Below are positions 37,222 to 49,850 of a stretch of DNA of 64,000 bases, one piece after another (positions within the stretch are counted from its first letter, which is position 1; each line of letters opens with the position of its first letter). The translations under genes were made by a program, and so were the position numbers. A model generated the notes under the pieces. That model searched no databases. It was not told where the DNA came from and was given only the letters and a program-made list of their open reading frames with translations. The stretch is from the NCBI GenBank assembly GCA_038087875.1, contig CM075996.1:10046001-10110000 (forward strand). The letters run 5' to 3'. This DNA is from Malacoraja senta (Eukaryota).

Positions 37222-39550
37222 ATGGCGATGGCTGGGGCGCGGCCGAAGAACCGGAGCTACGCAGTGGTGGCATCAGCGGCGGATGCGAGGCCATCTGAGT
37301 ATCAGCCTTATGTTGACTTGGATTGGGACGGTTTTGGTATCTCGGTCCAAACTGGGCCCCAGATGTCCAGGGGAGCAATTACAAAGGCCATGAATGACCT
37401 TCTTGGGGGGTGGGCTATTGTCTCTTCCGAGCTCGAAAGAGGAAAGGTGGAGATGATACTAAAGACCCGGGAGGATGTGGCCATAGCGTTGGAGAGGGGG
37501 ATCTCAGTGGGGGGAATCCACATACAGGTGGATCCGTGGGTATCTAGGGTGAGACCGGTTCTCCTGCGGAGTTTCCCCACATATATTTCGGATGCAACAC
37601 TTATTCCACACCTGTCTAAGTTTGGGGAGGTGCGGTCTAAGTGCTTTAGGCTCATGCACCCCGGGGGGGACCTGGAGGAAAGAGGGTCTTCAGTTTCAAG
37701 AGGAGGGTGTTTATGAAGGTGGGTGAGGGCGAAGGCACGGAGGGGAGCTTCGAGGCGGAGTGTTGGGGTCTCCCTAGAACCGTGCATTGGAGTTGGGGAA
37801 AGGCACGGTGTCATGCGTGAGGTGAATTTGGACATCTCCGTAGGGAGTGTCTTCTTCACGGGGTCGCTGCGAGAAGTTCTAGTGCAGCGGCCCAGGAATG
37901 CACTGCTGGCCCATCCGGGGTGGCTCGTCATGCCTCGGTGGCGCGGGGTGGTACTGCTGACCTGGCTAGGGCTGCCAGCTCTGCCTCGGTGATCCGGGGC
38001 GGCAGTGATAGCCCATCTGGGTCTGCAAGTTCCGCCTTGGGGACCCGGGGCAGAGATGGGCCCCCGCCCCCTACGTCCTGAACCTGTGGAGGTGGTGGTG
38101 GCTGATGGTGAGGCGCAGGGGGAGGATGAAGAGGGGGAGGGGAATTGGGAGCTGCAGAAGAAGAAGAGGAGGAGGAAAAAGCCCAATCAAGTGAGTCCAA
38201 CGCAATCTGAGACCACTCAAGGGGCGCCTGTCAGCTCCAGTGAGGTCCAGAGTGCACTTGCCGTGGCCCAGCAAGGAGCTGAGGTGGTTCAGGTGGGGGT
38301 AGGGATGGTAAATCATGCGGGTGGTAAAGTGGCTGGGGGTAGTGGGGAGGAGGAAGACCCTTCCTTTATGGAGGTCACCGTACCGCCGCATGCTAGTGGG
38401 ACAAAAAGGAGGTTTGGGCCTGGCGAGGAAGAGCAAGGGCGTGAGTCCAAAGTTAGGGGGTTGACTTTTTCCAGACCTTCCACCACTGATGTGGTTGATG
38501 GACCAGAACTGGTGTCTTCCGGGTTGGAGGTTGAGCCTCCATTTCAGGGATCTTCCGCGGGGATCACAAGACCGGGTGATGGGGTTGATTCCTCTGGAGT
38601 TGTGTCCTATGGGCGGGGGGGATGTCCCTTCATTTCAGGGGCCCTCCGAGGGAGTTATCTCATCGGGTGGTGAGGTTAGCTCCCCTGGGTGTGTGTCCTC
38701 TGGGTCGGAGGAGGTCCCCTCGTTTCAGAGGCCTATTGAGGGTGTTGGCACGTCAGATGATGGGGTAGGCGCCCTTAGTAGTGTGCCCCCTGAGACAGGG
38801 GATGAGCAGAGTCAGCCCGAGGGGGGTGGGTCGGGGGCATTGGTGTACCAGTCTGTCCTCCTCATCAGAGCCAGTGGAGGTAATGGGGGGGGTGCTGCCT
38901 CGCCGGCTGAGTTGGTAGGGGAGAGTTTAAAAGCAAGTGGAGAGCCTCTGGGTGTTGCCAGTGGAGGGGATGCTATAGGTGCTGTGGAGGTTGGGGCTAG
39001 TTCGGGTGGTGATCTCCTTTCAGATTCCGGGGGTGCCAGTGTATCACAGGCCCTGGGGGTGCCTAGTGTTTTTTCTTCCCCAGGCCCAGACGTAGAGGGT
39101 GATGGTAGAGTGCAGGTGCCCAGCCATCCAGTGGGCTGCCTGTTGCAGTCAGGGGTTTCGGGACCCTTCCCCGGCATTGATCCTGGGGGTGGTGTCTTGC
39201 TGGAGGAGGGGGAGAGTGATAAGGCCAGTTTGAGTAGTGGAGTTAACGAACTTTCAGAGAGTTCTGGTCTTTCGATTTCTGACAACGACCTTGACCATTG
39301 TGGTGTTGAGCTTGTTGTTGCAGGTGCGAGTGAGTTGGCCGAGTGCCCAGGCTCCAAGGCCGAGTCTCATGCAAGTGATATCCGTGAGGTTCTTGAATTC
39401 CTAAAAATAAGCCGTACCACCAGAACAAAAATGGATGCTGCTAAAAGACGGTGGGCTGATCTGCCAGTTTTGATTAAGACTCTCGAGGCTATCCTTGACC
39501 TCAGAGAGGGAGTTGTTGAGTCTACGGGGAGTGTGAGGGTCTCAATCTAG
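37222..39550 (+). pseudogene. Tx1 ORF1 (gag-like, zinc knuckle), frameshifted
   Basis: SYAVVA, VLLRSFPTYISDATLIPHLSKFGEV, degenerate CHA.GEFGHLRREC knuckle, low-complexity G/S/E-rich tail. Confidence 0.8.
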
Positions 39551-39556
39551 TGTGCC

Positions 39557-42500
39557 TGCACATTCACAGTCGCAACATTAAACTTAAACGGGAGTAGAGC
39601 GAGTTTTCGTAGATTTCAGCTTTTATCAGTCCTTAAAGAGAGGAGATTTGCAGTGTGTTTTCTGCAGGAGACGCATACCGTTGTTAGTGATGATCCTACA
39701 TGGAGACTGGAGTGGGAAGGGGGGGTCTACATGAGCCATCTCAGCTCGAATTCGAGTGGGGTGGCCTTTCTGTTGGCCCAGAATTTCCTGCCAAATGTTC
39801 TAAAAGTGCAAGAAGTTGTGCCAGGACGTTTGCTCCATCTGGCCGTGAGCCTGGATGGCATGCCGTTGCATTTCATTAACGTGTATGCCCCTAGCTCCAG
39901 TAGGATGCAGGCTGGCCTAATTCAGGAGGTGACTGCTCTGTTGAGCACTATTGATAGGGGAGAGTGTGTATTCCTTGGTGGGGACTTTAATTGCACACTT
40001 GAGGCGCGAGACCGTTCTGGTACTCAGTGTGCCCCTGCTGTAGCGAAGAAGCTGAGAGGTTTGATTGACTCCTTTGAGCTGGTTGATGCGTGACGGAACC
40101 TCCACCCGGATTCCACTGCTTTTTCGTGGAGGTCTGAGGGAGGTGGTTCCCGTATTGATCGAATATACATTTCCCGAGCGTTTGTTTCCCGTGTCTCAGC
40201 GGCCTCAATGCGGTTGGTGCCGTGTTCGGACCACTGTCTGGTGCGTGTGGACTTTAATCCGGCGCGCACTCGGGCTGGGTCCGCGTACTGGCACTTTAAC
40301 AACCGGCTGCTGGAGGATCGGTGTTTCCGGGAGTCATTCAGTCGGTTTTGGGGGAAGTGGAGAGAGAGGCAGAGGTGCTTCTCTTCCCTTAGGCAGTGGT
40401 GGGACGTGGGGAAGGTTCACATCCGTCACTTTTGTAAGGAGTATACGTGGGGGTTGACCGGACGGCGGGACTCAGCGGTCGAGAGGCTTGAGAGGGAGCT
40501 AGTGGGCGCAGAGTCTCGCCTGGGTCGGGTTGGTGATGACTCCTGTGAATGGGGAGAGTTTCAGGAGAAGAAGGAAGCCTTGAGGAACCTGCTGCTTGAG
40601 CGGTCCCGAGGCGCTTTCGTGAGGGCGCGGGTCCAGATGATGCAAGATCTGGACCGAGCTTCGCCTTTCTTTTTCTCTCTGGAGAAAGGGCGGGGAGCAC
40701 GCAAACAGCTCGTAGAGCTGCTCGCAGATGATGGCTCCTCTGTCACTGATCCGGAGAGGATCAGTGAGGAGGTCAGGTCCTTTTATGGGTCCCTGTTCTC
40801 CGCAGGTGGATTCAGCGGGGAGGCTCAGCAGGACTTGTGGGAGGGTCTACCGACTGTTGATAGGGAGGTGGCCGATCTTCTTGATGGCTCCATATCTTTG
40901 GAGGAGTTGACTCGTGCCTTATATCAGCTCAGGAAGGGTAAGTCCCCGGGCTGGATGGGTTGACGATAGAGTTTGTCAGAGCTTTCTGGGATATCCTGGG
41001 GGGTGATTACATGTTGGTGCTGGGGGAGAGTCTGGCGGCTGGGGCGATGCCCCTCTCATGGCGCAGGGCAGTTGTTGTCTTGCTGCCCAAGAAGGGCGAA
41101 CTCCGCTTGTTGAAGAACTGGAGGCCGGTCTCTCTCCTATGTACAGAGTATAAAGTATTTACACGGGCAATGGCAAATCACCTGGGCCCTGTGCTGTCTC
41201 AAATGATTCATCTTGACCAGTCTTATACAGTCCCTGGCAGGTCTATTCAGGATAACATCCACCTGGTTAGGGACCTGATTCATCTAGTTCAGGGTACTGG
41301 TCAGTCAGTTGCTTTTCTGTCTCTTGATCAGGAGAAGGCTTTTGATAGGGTAGAGCATGATTACCTATTCGGGACGTTGCAAGCGTTTTGGAATTGGACC
41401 GCATTTTTGAGGCCCGGGTCCGGCTTTTGTACGCTGCAGCGGAGTGCCTGGTGAAGGTTAATGGTGCGTTGTTGGCTCCCTTTCATTTTGGGAGGGGGGT
41501 CCGTCAGGGGTGCCCCATGCCGGGTCAGTTGTACTCGGTCTGTGTGGAGCCGTTCCTGTGTCTTCTTCGGAGGAGGTTGACAGGCCTGGCCCTACCTGGC
41601 CCGGGAGTGGAGGTGGTTCTTTCAGCGTATGCAGATGATGTACTTCTTATGTTCACTGATCCTGGTGACCTGCGGAGGATGCGTGACTGCCAGGAGATTT
41701 TCTCAGCTGCATCTTCTGCCAGGATTAACTGGAGTAAGTGCTCTGGTCTTTTAGTGGGTTAGTGGCAGGTGGATTCCCTGCAGGAGCAGATGGCAAGGTA
41801 TGTGTGGAGCACACACATCTCCTCTATCTGGGGGTTTACCTGAGTCCCACTGAGGATGCTTGGCCGGCGAACTGGCAGGAGTTGGAGACGAAGGTGGTTG
41901 CCCGGCTGGGGCGCTGGTCGGGCTTGCTTGGAGTTCTTTCCTTTCAGGGGAGGGTGCTGGTCATAAATCAGCTGGTGGCCTCTATGTTATGGTACCGGCT
42001 GGCTACTCTTGTCCCACCTTCCATATTTGTAAATGCTCTACAGAAGAAGCTGGTAGATTTCTTCTGGGGAAATAGGAAGCACTGGGTCTCTGCAGCGGTC
42101 CTGAGTCTCCCGTTAGAGGAGGGCGGCCAGTCCTTGGTATGCGTGCGTACCCAGGTGGCGGCTCTCCGTCTCAGGACTCTGCGGAGGTATATGTATGTAG
42201 AGAACCCCCCCAGATGGCACGCTCTGGCCACGTACTTTTTTCGTCGGGGCCGTTGCCTAGGGGGGGGGTCTCGCGGCTCCCGGTGGCGGGCATCAGTCGA
42301 CCCGCCCTAAGGGGTTTGCCTGTTTTCTACCGGGATGTGCTCAGAGTGAGGAATTTGTTTTCAGCGAGCGTGTTGCTCCACGAGGGGAGGGGGATGGTGC
42401 GGCTGCGGGAGTGGCCGGTCCTCGCCCAGTCATGGCGGGTGTCGAGGAGAGGCGAGCGCCTAGAGTGGTTCTGACTGAGCTTTCACCCGCTTCGTCAGAT

Positions 42501-43227
42501 CTACTCATCGGGCCTAGGCTCTGGGATATACAACCTGAGCCTCCTTTCTGAGATGATCAGCATACCGTTTCGTGATGCGAAGAGACGCACACTGTACCGA
42601 ATGTTCCTGCACATTCTGCACCTTCTTGCCTTCGTTTCCCGTCCTGACACACCGGTGTTACCACCTGAAGGCGGGGGAGGTCCCCAGTGGGGGTCCTTCT
42701 ATAAGGGAGTTGTCCCCCTTTACATTGGGGACCTGGGGTGGAGACTGTTGCACGAAGCGGTGGTTTGTAATAAACCTTTGAGTAGGTTCACGGGCTCGTC
42801 CGCCGCGTGTATTTTCTGTGCCGAGGAAGAGACCGTGTTCCACGTGTACATGGAGTGTGCGAGGCTACTGCCCCTGTACCAATATCTGAAGGGGTTGTTC
42901 CTCAAGTTCTGGTTGCATTTTAGTCCCACAATTCTAGTGTGTGGGCATAAGGTAGGGTGTGGGGAGAGCCAAGTGGGGGGTTGGGACCTCCCTGTCGGTT
43001 TGCTCCTGGGCTTGGCCAAGATGGCCATTCGCGGGTCCAGGCAGCGGGCGGTCGATGGTGAGGCTAGAGTTGGCTGCCTGCCCCTCTTCCGGGCGTACGT
43101 CCGTGCACGGGTGTGCCTGGAGAGGGAACACGCGGTGTCCACGGGGACTCTGGAGGCCTTCCGTGGGCGCTGGTCACCACGTGGGGTTGAGAGTAGCGTA
43201 AATAATGAATGTACAGTTGTACTATAA
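39557..43227 (+). pseudogene. Tx1 ORF2 (APE endonuclease, RT, C-terminal zinc finger), disrupted
   Basis: ATLNLNG, FLQETH, INVYAP, GGDFN, SDHCLV, LDQEKAFDRV, GVRQGCP, AYADD, CIFC..EETVFHVYMEC; several stops and frameshifts. Confidence 0.92.
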
Positions 43228-43876
43228 TGATTTGTTTTGATATAATGTATTTTTTGATTATGTATTGATGTGTTGTATCATATGATTGTGTCGAATAAAG
43301 TTTTTGAAATGGAAAAAAAAAAGAAGAAAAAAAAGATAGAGAGAGAGAGAGAGAGAGATATATCTGAGTATGGACACTTTGCCGCAGCCAAATGTGAAAT
43401 ACTAACCCTCACCTATTCTTTCCACAGAGGCTGCTGACCTGCATTGCTTTTTCCAGCATTTTCTGTTTAATTTCAGAATTCCAGTACCTGCAGTCTTTTG
43501 ATTTTCATACGAGTACAAAAGATGTTTGACATGCAAAACACAGGTGGTTGAGATCGATCTTCTCTCTTCACTACTCTCATTCCCTTCCTGCCCTTACATT
43601 GTACTGGCCTCACTTCTGTGCTCATTTAAAAAGTAGCTTTACATATCAAACTCAGAGGCTCCACAGCATGTCCTCAGCATATTTATATTCTTTTGCATGT
43701 GATTATAAAAAAAGTCTAAAGATAAACATGAACAGGTAAATATTGTACAAAGACCGTTATTGAATAAAATGTGATTTGTTTTTTATATTATCTATTTACC
43801 CAAGTGTGCAAATGTTATAGATGGATAGATAGATAGATAGTTAGATATAGATTATGAGAGGCATATACAGGCTATA

Positions 43877-44140
43877 TAATAATAATAATAATAATATTTG
43901 TATTTATATAGCACTTTTCAATCAAATCACTTGAAACCAAAGTGCTTTACAGAGAATTATCCATATCCATATGTTGATATCAACATATCAACATATCAAC
44001 ATATCAACATATCAACATTCACACGCAGGCAAAGGTGGGTGAAGTGTCTTGCCCAAGGACACAACGACAGTATGCACTCCAAGCGGGATTCGAACCGGCT
44101 ACCTTCCGGTTGCCAGCCGAACACTTAGCCCATTGCGCCA
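43877..44140 (-). mobile_element. tRNA-derived SINE with L2-type tail (distinct from the HE1-like family)
   Basis: A box TGGCGCAATGG, B box GGTTCGAATCC, GTGTCCTTGGGCAAGACACTT core, TGTAAAGCACTTTG...(TTA)n tail; TATA on both flanks. Confidence 0.85.
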
Positions 44141-46876
44141 TATAGTCAGAGGATTTATTCCCAGCATGAAAATGTCAAAGACTAGCGGGAATAGCTTTAA
44201 GGTGAGAGGAGCAAAGTTCAAATTGTGCGGGAAAAAATAGTGGTGGGTGCCTGGAAGTTGCTGCCGAGGATGGTGGTGGAGGCCAATACAGTAGCATTTA
44301 AGAGGCTTTTAGATAGGCAGATGGATATGCAGGGAATGGGAGGATATGGATGATGTGCAAGCAGAAGGCATTAGTCTAACATGGCATCATGCTGGTCACA
44401 GACACTGTGGGCAGAAGGGCCTGTTCCTGTGCTGTACGGGTCAATGTTCTATGAATAGGTGAGGCATGCCCAAGAACAATATTTAAAATACATATAGAGT
44501 GGAACATGGATAGAAAAAGGTTAGAGAGGATCCACGGCAGGGACACAAAGAGTCGCTTGGCTTAGGAGCCATCTTGGGGGAAGGGACGTACTTGGTGGAA
44601 TGTTACTAATGAATAGGAGCATGGTATAATGGTTGGAAAGGGATAGAGGGCTGTGGGTCAAACACAGGCAAATGGAGCTAGCTTACATGTGGCATCTTGA
44701 TCAGCATGGACGGGTTACGCCAGCAATCCTCTTTGCATGCCGTGGGCTCAATGACTATAATAAGTGGCGCAGCGGTAGAGTTGCTGCCTCACAGCACCAG
44801 AGACCCACTTCCATCCTGACTACGGGTGCTGCCTGTATGGAGTTGGTACGTTCTCCCTGTGACTGTGTGGGTTTTCTCCGGGTGCTCTGGTTTCCTCCCA
44901 CATTCCAAAGACATGTAGGTTTGTAGCCTTCTATAAATTGTGTAGAATAGAGCTAGTGTGAAGGTGATTGTTGGTTGGCGCGGACTCCAAACTAAACTAA
45001 ATGCCAGGGTGCGGAGTCCACCAGATAGTCTTTTGGGATCGAGATTGAACAGAATGATGTCCCTGTAATTAATGAATTTAGCTCCAGTCGTAACTGTGGG
45101 AACACTATCCATGTCGGGACAGCCACTAGCTCCAAAACCAATTTCTTTTTTAAAGTGCTTGTGATGTTTTAATGTATTGGGAGACTAAATGGAAGTGAAA
45201 ATGTGTTGAATATTGTATCAGACACAAAGCCGCGTGCTTGATTTAGCTTAGTTGAATGAATACGTATATTGGCCAAGTGTTTACACATACAAGGAATTTG
45301 CTTTGGTGCTCCGCTCGCAAGTAACAATATGACATACAGTAACAATTAAGAATGACACTTAAAACATTAATAATAAAACATTATAGTTTAAACATGTGAA
45401 TTAAATAAAATACCAGAGCAAAAGGAGGCTACAGATTTTTGGTTGTTGAGTTGAGCAACTACTCGTGGAAAAAAAGCTGTTTTTATGTCTGGCTGTGGCA
45501 GCTTTGACAGTCCGGAGTCACCTTCCAGAGGGAAGTGATTCAAAGAGTTTGTGGCCAGGGTGAGAGAGGTCAGAGATGATCTTGCCCGCTCGCTTCCTGG
45601 CCCTTGCAGTGTATAGTTGGTCAATGAAGGGAAGGTTGCAGCCAATAACCTTCTCGGCTGATCAAACGATTCGCTGCAGCCTCCGGGTGTCGTGCTTGGT
45701 GGCTGAGCCAAACCAGACCATGATGGAGAAGGTGAGGACAGACTCTACGATGGCCATATAGAATTGGACCATCATTGCTTGTGGCAGATTGTCTTTCCTC
45801 CGCTGCCGCAGGAAGTACATCCTCTGTTGGGCCTTTTTGACTGTGGAGTCGATGGTAGCCCCCTCCCCCCCCCCCACTTAAGGTCCTTGGAGATGATGGT
45901 TCCCAGGAACTTAAAAGACTCCACAGATGTGACTGTGGTGTTGTTGTTGGTGAGTGGGGTGAGGGGAGGGGGAGCTCTCCTAAAGTCTACAATCAATTCC
46001 ACTAAGAGCATTGAGCTCCAGGTTGTTGCGATGGCACCAGGACATCAGCTGTGTCACCTCCTGTCTGTAGGCAAATTCCTCCCCATCCTGGATCAGTCCA
46101 ATCAGGGTTGTATCGTCCGCAAACTTGAGAAGCTTGACAGAGGTGTCTGTGGATGTGCAGTCGTTGGTGTAGAGAGAGTAGAGGAGAGGAGAGAGTACGC
46201 AGCCTTGCGGTGCTCCTATGCTGAGGGTCTGCGGGTCCGAGATGTGCTTTCCCAGCCTCACATGCTGCTTCCTGTCTGTCAGGAAGTTGGTGATCCACTG
46301 ACAGAGGGGTTCAGGCACAGTCAACTGGGAGAGTTTGGAGTGTAGTAGCTCTGGCACAATGGTGTTGAATGCAGAGCTCAAATCCACAAACAGGATCCTC
46401 GCATAGGTCCCCTGGCGGTCTAGGTGCTGGAGGATGAAGTGCAGGCCCAGGTTGACTGCATCATCCACAATCTATTGGCCCAATATCAAACTGCAGAGGG
46501 TCCTGCAGGGGGATCATGATATTGTCATTCAAGGGTCTTCATGACTACAGAGGTCAGTGCGACAGGCCTGTAGTCATTAAAACCAGTAATCCTTGTCTTT
46601 TTGGGTATAGGAACAATAGTGGAGACTTTGAAGCAGGCAGGGACAGTACAGGTTTGCAGGGACTGGATGCAAATGTCTATGTAGACCGGTGCCAGTTGTT
46701 TGGCACAGAGCTTGAGAGTAGAGGGGGAAACATTGCCCGGTCCTGGAGATTTCCGGCTTTTTGGTCTTTTGAATAGCCTCTCCACCTTTATTTCTATTGT
46801 TGCTGATGGAGAAGTGGCCAGCCTTGTGTTGGGCAGCAAGGAGGGGGTGGGTAGTGGACGATGGACCAGTCTTTGC

Positions 46877-47966
46877 TACAAACCTACCGACTCCCATGGC
46901 TATCTGGACTACACTTCTTCCCACCCTGCTTCCTGTAAGGACTCCATCCCCCACTCCCAATTCCTCCGTCTACGCCGCATCTGCTCCCAGGATGAGGCGT
47001 TCCACACCAGGGCATCTGAAATGTCCTCATTCTTCAGGGAACGGGGGTTCCCCTCCTCCACCATAGATGAGGCTCGCACCAGGGTCTCTGCCATACCCCG
47101 CAACACTGCTCTCTCTCCCCATCCCCCCACTCACAACAAAGGCAGAGTCCCCTAGTCCTCACCTTTCACCCCACCAGCCGTCACATACAACAAGTGATCC
47201 TCCGTCAGTTTCGCCACCTCCAACGTGACCCCACCACTCGCCACATCTTCCCATCTCCCCTATGTCTGCCTTCCGCAAAGACCGCTCCCTCCGTAACTCC
47301 CTTGTCAATTCTTCCCTTCCCTCACATACCACCCCCTCCCCTGGTACTTTCCCTTGCAACCGCAAGAGATGCAACACTTGTCCCTTCACTTCCCCCCTCC
47401 ACTCCATTCCAGGACCCAAGCAGTCGTTCCAGGTGCGACAGAGGTTCACCTGCATCTCCTCCAACCTCATCTATTGCATTCGCTGCTCTAGATGCCAGCT
47501 GATCTACATCGGTGAGACCAAGCGGAGGCTTGGCGATCGTTTCGCCGAACACCTCCGGTCGGTCCGCAATAACCAACCTGAACTCCCGGTGGCTCAGCAC
47601 TTCAACTCCCCCTCCCATTCCGTATCTGACCTCTCTGTCCTGGGTCTCCTCCATGGCCACAGTGAGCAACACCGTAAATTGGAGGAAATGCACCTCATAT
47701 TCCGCTTGGGCAGTCTACATCCTGGTGGCCTGAACGTTGAATTCTCCCAATTCTGCTAGCCCTGGCTGTCCCCTCCCCTTCATCAGCCATCTGGTTGTCT
47801 CCTCCCTTCCCCCAGCCCTCGGGCTCCTCCTCCTCCTTTTCCTTTTTCCTTTCTTCTCCCCACCCCCTATCAGTCTGAAGAAGGGTTTCGGCCCGAAACG
47901 TTACCTATTTCCTTCGCTCCATAGATGCTGCTGCACCCGCTGAGTTTCTCCAGCATTTTTGTGTAC
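46877..47966 (+). mobile_element. Penelope-like element 3' part (GIY-YIG endonuclease plus terminal repeat)
   Basis: YKPTDSHGYLDYTSSHP, CNRKRCNTC, IYCIRCSRCQLIYIGETKRRLGDRFAEH; CTTTGC duplicated at 46871-46876 and 47967-47972. Confidence 0.92.
47872..47906 (+). ncRNA. Putative minimal hammerhead ribozyme in the Penelope terminal repeat
   Basis: CTGAAGA core, stem II GGG(TTTCGG)CCC, GAAA, palindromic ACGT stem III. Confidence 0.55.
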
Positions 47967-48154
47967 CTTTGCAGACTGGAGTCAGGCTGTAAGTAGGTGT
48001 GAAGTGGTGATTGGAGAGGGGGGGAGGGAGGATTGTCCAAGGAGCGCGGGGGGGGGGGGGGGGGGGCTTTCCTCTTGTTAGCTGGTAATTTTCTTGCAAG
48101 CCCTTCCAAACTGAAGAAGAGTCACTTGCTGAGAACTTGCTCCTCAACTTCTCT

Positions 48155-48354
48155 NNNNNNNNNNNNNNNNNNNNNNNNNNNNNNNNNNNNNNNNNNNNNN
48201 NNNNNNNNNNNNNNNNNNNNNNNNNNNNNNNNNNNNNNNNNNNNNNNNNNNNNNNNNNNNNNNNNNNNNNNNNNNNNNNNNNNNNNNNNNNNNNNNNNNN
48301 NNNNNNNNNNNNNNNNNNNNNNNNNNNNNNNNNNNNNNNNNNNNNNNNNNNNNN
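48155..48354. other. Assembly gap (200 N)
   Basis: Run of N. Confidence 1.
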
Positions 48355-48937
48355 GTAAGGAATGTAGGTGATGAAGAAGTTATGAATATCTTTAATCTCC
48401 CACTCTGGGGAGCTGGGCACAGAATATAGGCCATTGCCGCGGCACAGTGCGAGCAAGAACAAAGGAAGAACTCAACGACAGGAATACTTTTGTAGCGACG
48501 CGGAGAGAAGGGGAGAGCAGAGCAAAGAGCCGGCAGCAAGGAATACTGCGGATCTGAGCGACGAGAGAAGAAACAACTAAAGTCGGTGCTCCAGGGAAAA
48601 CCTTCTGAAGAACTTTAAAGGAATTTGAAACTCTTTAAAAGTGTTTATGGCTTTGAAGGGCTTCACGGAGACACGAGTGTTTAGAGTCATAGGCATCGAG
48701 ATAGTTTGGAAACAGGCCCACACCGGCCAGCATGTCCCAGCTCCACTAGTCCCACAAGGGCGGAGCTGTGGGATACCGACAAGCCCCATGTGAGGGTCTC
48801 ATCTATGATGGGACCCCCCGTTCCCTAAAGAATGAGGACATCTCCGAGGCGGAGATGGGAAGATGTGGCTTGTGGTGGGATCCCATTGGAGGTGGTGAAC
48901 GCGAGCAGTCTGTTGACCAGGAGATCGTTGCTCTTAC

Positions 48938-49114
48938 CTCTTTGTGCTGCTGACCTCCACTGCTGCATGTACACTGAGATGATGACAATGATCATCACCA
49001 AGGCAACCAGCAACGCTGCTGTGATGGAGATCTGTGCAATCCAAGCATAATCCACCTTCACACCCACAGCTGGCTTCAAAGTCACAACACTGCCGACGTC
49101 TGCAGGGACAGAAT
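48938..49114 (-). CDS. TNFRSF13C: BAFF-receptor-like TNFR, transmembrane exon
   Basis: TATACAG| acceptor and |GTAAGA donor; 177 nt, phase 1-1; (D)SVPADVG...YAWIAQISITAALLVALVMIIVIISVYMQQWRSAAQR; joins 33810 in frame (G+CG=Ala). Confidence 0.8.
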
Positions 49115-49371
49115 CTGTATATACACAACCGAATGAGAGTAGGTCTTGCAATGTATCCCCTCTCTCTCCATCCCCCCCCATCCCCCACCCCCACCCGAGT
49201 CAAAGTCGTCTTGTTCAGTCTCATTATCTGTAACTCATTATCTACTAGCCCACAGCTAACAACGGCCATTCCTTTATCCCGGTTACTTCTTTTGCAAATC
49301 TTTCATTCATTTCTTCGATATCTCTCTATATCACCATCTTTCCCTCTCGTTTCCCTTGCCCCTGACTCGCA

Positions 49372-49850
49372 AGGGCCTGTCCCACTTTGCGAGTTTTCTC
49401 AGCGACTGCGAACGCCAGTGACTGACGCCCTAAACACCGTCAAGTTGTACGACACTCCGCGCCACCGTCACGTCAAGCTACGACACTCCACGTCACCCTC
49501 CTTCACAACGCAAGAAGGTTGCGACCCAAGTATAATAATCACATTTGAAATGAACTTATCTACAATAAATCTAAGGGCCAATAACTTTTTAATGGATAAG
49601 TCGGCGCTTTATATCCCGCGTCACCGGCCGTCACCCGCAGGACAGCGTACGCCAGCGTGTGACAGGGCGCACGACGTGATGAGACACCCAGATGTCGCCT
49701 GAAGATCTTGAACATTCCCAAATCCAGGGGCGACAGGGAGACACCGCACGTCACTACATGCGTCACCCCACGTCGCCCCGCGTCACGTCCCAATCACGCC
49801 GCGACAACCTCTTTTCAGGCCGCAAATGTCGCCCAAGTGGGACAGGCCCT
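49372..49850. mobile_element. Harbinger-type MITE in a Penelope-derived repeat
   Basis: TIR AGGGCCTGTCCCACTT / AAGTGGGACAGGCCCT; flanks GCA/TCA. Confidence 0.85.

Larger units (their letters stand above)
36698..43334 (+). mobile_element. Apparently full-length Tx1-clade non-LTR retrotransposon
   Basis: 5' UTR, ORF1 and ORF2 remnants, AATAAA near 43295, poly(A) 43313-43334; GA-repeat tracts on both sides. Confidence 0.93.
35927..43851 (-). mobile_element. Non-autonomous Helitron (core ~35927-36552) with nested Tx1 LINE
   Basis: Minus strand: 5' TC at 43851, 3' hairpin GGGACCC-AAC-GGGTCCC then ACTGTCTAG; sits between A and T of the host CR1 (GTAAAA|TTATGAGAGG) with no TSD. Confidence 0.8.
45250..48154 (-). 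mobile_element. Rex1/Babar-clade LINE, interrupted by a Penelope element
   Basis: NDYRPVALTSVVMK, YARILFVD.SSAFNTI, GAPQGCVLSPLLYSLYT, KFADDTT, KKAQQRMYFLRQ; runs into the assembly gap. Confidence 0.9.

Noticed and set aside
38489..39550. 353-aa Gly/Ser-rich ORF as a host gene
   Set aside because: Lies between the Tx1 ORF1 knuckle and ORF2; it is the frameshifted ORF1 tail.
48355..48680. Unique-looking sequence after the gap as an exon
   Set aside because: No clear splice or ORF signal; more likely the 5' part of the adjacent minus-strand LINE, but the gap prevents confirmation.
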